From Phaeosaccion multiseriatum (Eukaryota; Protista; Ochrophyta, other classes): DNA of 64,000 nucleotides. Location of the stretch: contig OZ218950.1 in the NCBI GenBank assembly GCA_965112735.1, positions 2,852,001-2,916,000 on the forward strand, read 5' to 3'. The position numbers were made by a program, and so were the translations under genes. Under the pieces are notes generated by a model, which had not been told where the DNA came from, did not search any database, and saw only the letters and a program-made list of their open reading frames with translations. Positions 61,531 to 64,000 of the stretch are shown one piece after another; the first letter of the stretch is position 1, and every line of letters begins with the position of its first letter.

Positions 61531-63046
61531 ATGTCGTTCGTGGACGAGAGCGAAGAGCCAAGGCACAGGATCTCTTGGACCAAAGCACAGACCCAGGGTG
61601 ACCGAGTGCCTGCCAGGGGAGGACACAGCTGCATAGTGGCCAACTTCCAGCTGGTGGTGTTCGGGGGCCACTACTTCGTGGGAAACGTGAGTAAGAGAAG
61701 GACCTTTAAAGGGGAGGGCTGTTTCTGTATGCTTTCGCTGGCTTCGCGTCGTCAACAAATCCACGAACAAAAGTATGAGTAGGTGAAGGGGGGCCTTCAC
61801 TCTCAATGGCTGGCTTGTCTCTCTTCACCCCCTCCTCCAGTCACCTGGCCACTCAACACTATTATCTCCACTTCTTCGCGCCACTCAGGACAAGTTTGCG
61901 TATCTCAATGACGTGTGGGTGCTGGACATTGAGAGCACCACATGGCAAGAGATCAGCTGCGGAGGAACCCCGCCAGACCCGCGCTACGGTCATGTGTGCC
62001 ACCTCTTGGGCTCTCGAATGTTCATCATCGGAGGGAAGGGCAGCGACGGCCAGTTGTATAGGGATGTACACTTCCTCGATCTCGTGGACTGGTGAGACAG
62101 GACCTGTGGTGTCTTTCTTGCTGTAGCAGTTCAGTCTCTGGGCAATTTCACCAACCGAGCAGCCACTGACATTCCGCCACCCTCGACCCCCCCCACCCCT
62201 CCCTCGACTTTCCCTGGTGCTCGTACGTTTCACGCTGCAGGACGTGGGTCACTGTCAACCCCACCTCCACCGGCCCCACCCCGCGCCTCAGCCCTGCCTC
62301 CTGCCTGGTGGGCCGAAAGATTGTTGTGCAGGGAGGCTGGGACGGGAAGCAGCGATGTAATGACGACCTCTGGGTCTTTGACACGGACAGCTTCGTGTGG
62401 ATCAACCCGAAAACAGGTACGCAACGCGGGTGTTCTCCTTTTCCTTTCTTTCTTTTTCAAGGAGGAGGCCGGGGTGACGGGGATTGCCTACTTGCACCAT
62501 TGATCCTAAACATCGTAGCTGACTGCCCCTCCATCCCGGTCTCTCCCTCCGCAGGCGGTATCTCCCCGGGGGCTCGCTACGGCCATACAATGGAGCTTTT
62601 GTCGAATGGAATGATCCTGGCCTTTGGTGGAACGAGCCTTGAGGTAGGATCAGGTAGTAGGCTGCTTCAGCCCAGTAGGAGCGAGCGGGAGAGGCTTCAG
62701 CTTGTGATCAGGATAGACAAAACAAGCAGAAGGTTGTGTTGAAAGCTGTCCAAACTTATTCGTCCGTCCACCCCCCCCTCTCTCGCGTACCATCGCACGC
62801 ATACACACACACACACACAAATACACAGCAAGAGGGCAATTTCCCCAAATACCATGGTGACATGAGGCAGCTCGATACAGAGACCATGCTATGGAGCAAG
62901 CCCCGTACGGAAGGGTCAGTGCTCAGTCCTCGCAATGGACACACCATGAGCATCACAGAGGACGGGACGGTGGTCATCTTTGGCGGTTGGGGCTACGGGG
63001 GGGTGCAGAGCAGAGATGCGGGCAACAAGCGAAAGGTGCGGTATGT

Positions 63047-63077
<31 letters not shown>

Positions 63078-63827
63078 GGGGGATGGGGACGCACAAAACG
63101 CCTCGCGCTGTGCGATGGTACTCGATGGACGACGCTATCCTCCGCGAGTACGCCCCAAACAAAGCCTTGCTCTTGCTCTCGCTCTTGCCTCCTTTTTTGG
63201 CTCTGTCTTTAATCTTTGATGCTCACACCCTGAACCATCCAACCAACCAACCAATCAACCAACCAACCAACCAACCAACCAACCAACGAACACAATCAGG
63301 GGGCGGAGAGCATCTGCTGCATAGAGAGCAGCGAGCAGGGCAGTACGTCCCTGACCTTCCCCGTCCTCCGAGGCAGGGGCTTTCCCGAGCATTTGCACGG
63401 ACACAGCACTTGCGTCATTGGCAACGCCCTCTTTGTGTTCGGAGGCTGGAACGCGCACCAAGCCACCGGAAACGTCATGGTGTTTGAGGTCGAGCCATTG
63501 ATACAAGGCGAAGGAGGAGGAGGAGGAGGAGGAGGAGGAGGAGGAGGAGGAGGAGGAGGAGGAGGAGGAGGAGTAGGAGAAGAAGGTAAGGTGGTTGAGG
63601 CACGGACGATGGTATGCGCGAGGGAGAGAGGGAGGGAAGGAAGGAGGGAGGGAGGTGAGGAGGGGAGGTCGCTTGTTTGGTTGTCGCTTTCCATTCCTTC
63701 CTGCACGTGTGTGAAGGATTGCGTGTCTCGTTCTACGCTACTTGTTGTTTGTTCTTTCTCTTTATGCCTCACTCTGTCTCTCTGTCTCTCTGTCTCTCTC
63801 TCTTGATCTCGGCCAGGTCAAGCATAG
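61531..63827 (+). CDS. Kelch-repeat beta-propeller protein (RABEPK/HCF-like kelch type)
   Basis: Six blades: PARGGHS..VFGG, PRYGHV..IIGG, PRLSPA..VQGGW, ARYGHT..AFGG, PRNGHT..IFGGW, LHGHST..VFGGW. The short last exon is inferred. Confidence 0.9.
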
Positions 63828-64000
63828 CGCGACCAAGACGCTTGTATGTACGTAGAAATCACTCCGGAATCGCCCGTGTGACTATTGCTTAGGCACGTCC
63901 CCATCATCAGGTCATGAACAGTCATATTTTTAATTCATTGTGATCGTAGGTTGAGTAGTAGTCATAGTAGACAGGGTAGTGGTACACTCGATGTGCCTAC

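Overview
Eukaryotic nuclear DNA: GC-rich, intron-dense, with microsatellite-filled introns. It is most likely from a photosynthetic stramenopile (ochrophyte), inferred from signal-peptide + 'AF' plastid presequences on sulfite reductase and zeta-carotene desaturase. About ten spliced genes are visible, in order: TraB/GumN-like protein (-, runs off the left edge), large ARM/ankyrin-repeat protein (+), kinesin-5 (-), degenerate 2OG-Fe(II) oxygenase-like protein ending in CaaX (+), GBF1/GNOM-type Sec7 ARF-GEF (+), MAP2K-like kinase with very large inserts (+), Q-rich orphan (-), ferredoxin-sulfite reductase (+), ZDS (-) and a kelch-repeat protein (+). Region 36.4-39 kb is a patchwork: a copy of GBF1 intron 1, a MITE copy and a fossil pogo-like transposase. 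The strongest unexplained signal is the DNA word GCTGTATCACCAACTG. It recurs about 13 times in unrelated genes, on both strands and in three reading frames, so it appears to be constrained at the nucleotide level rather than the peptide level. A second, intronic word (CCATCCACTGCCATCC) forms an inverted pair around the catalytic Sec7 exon. I saw no rRNA, tRNA or CRISPR. Exon boundaries were read by eye; CDS coordinates are start-to-stop gene spans that include introns.
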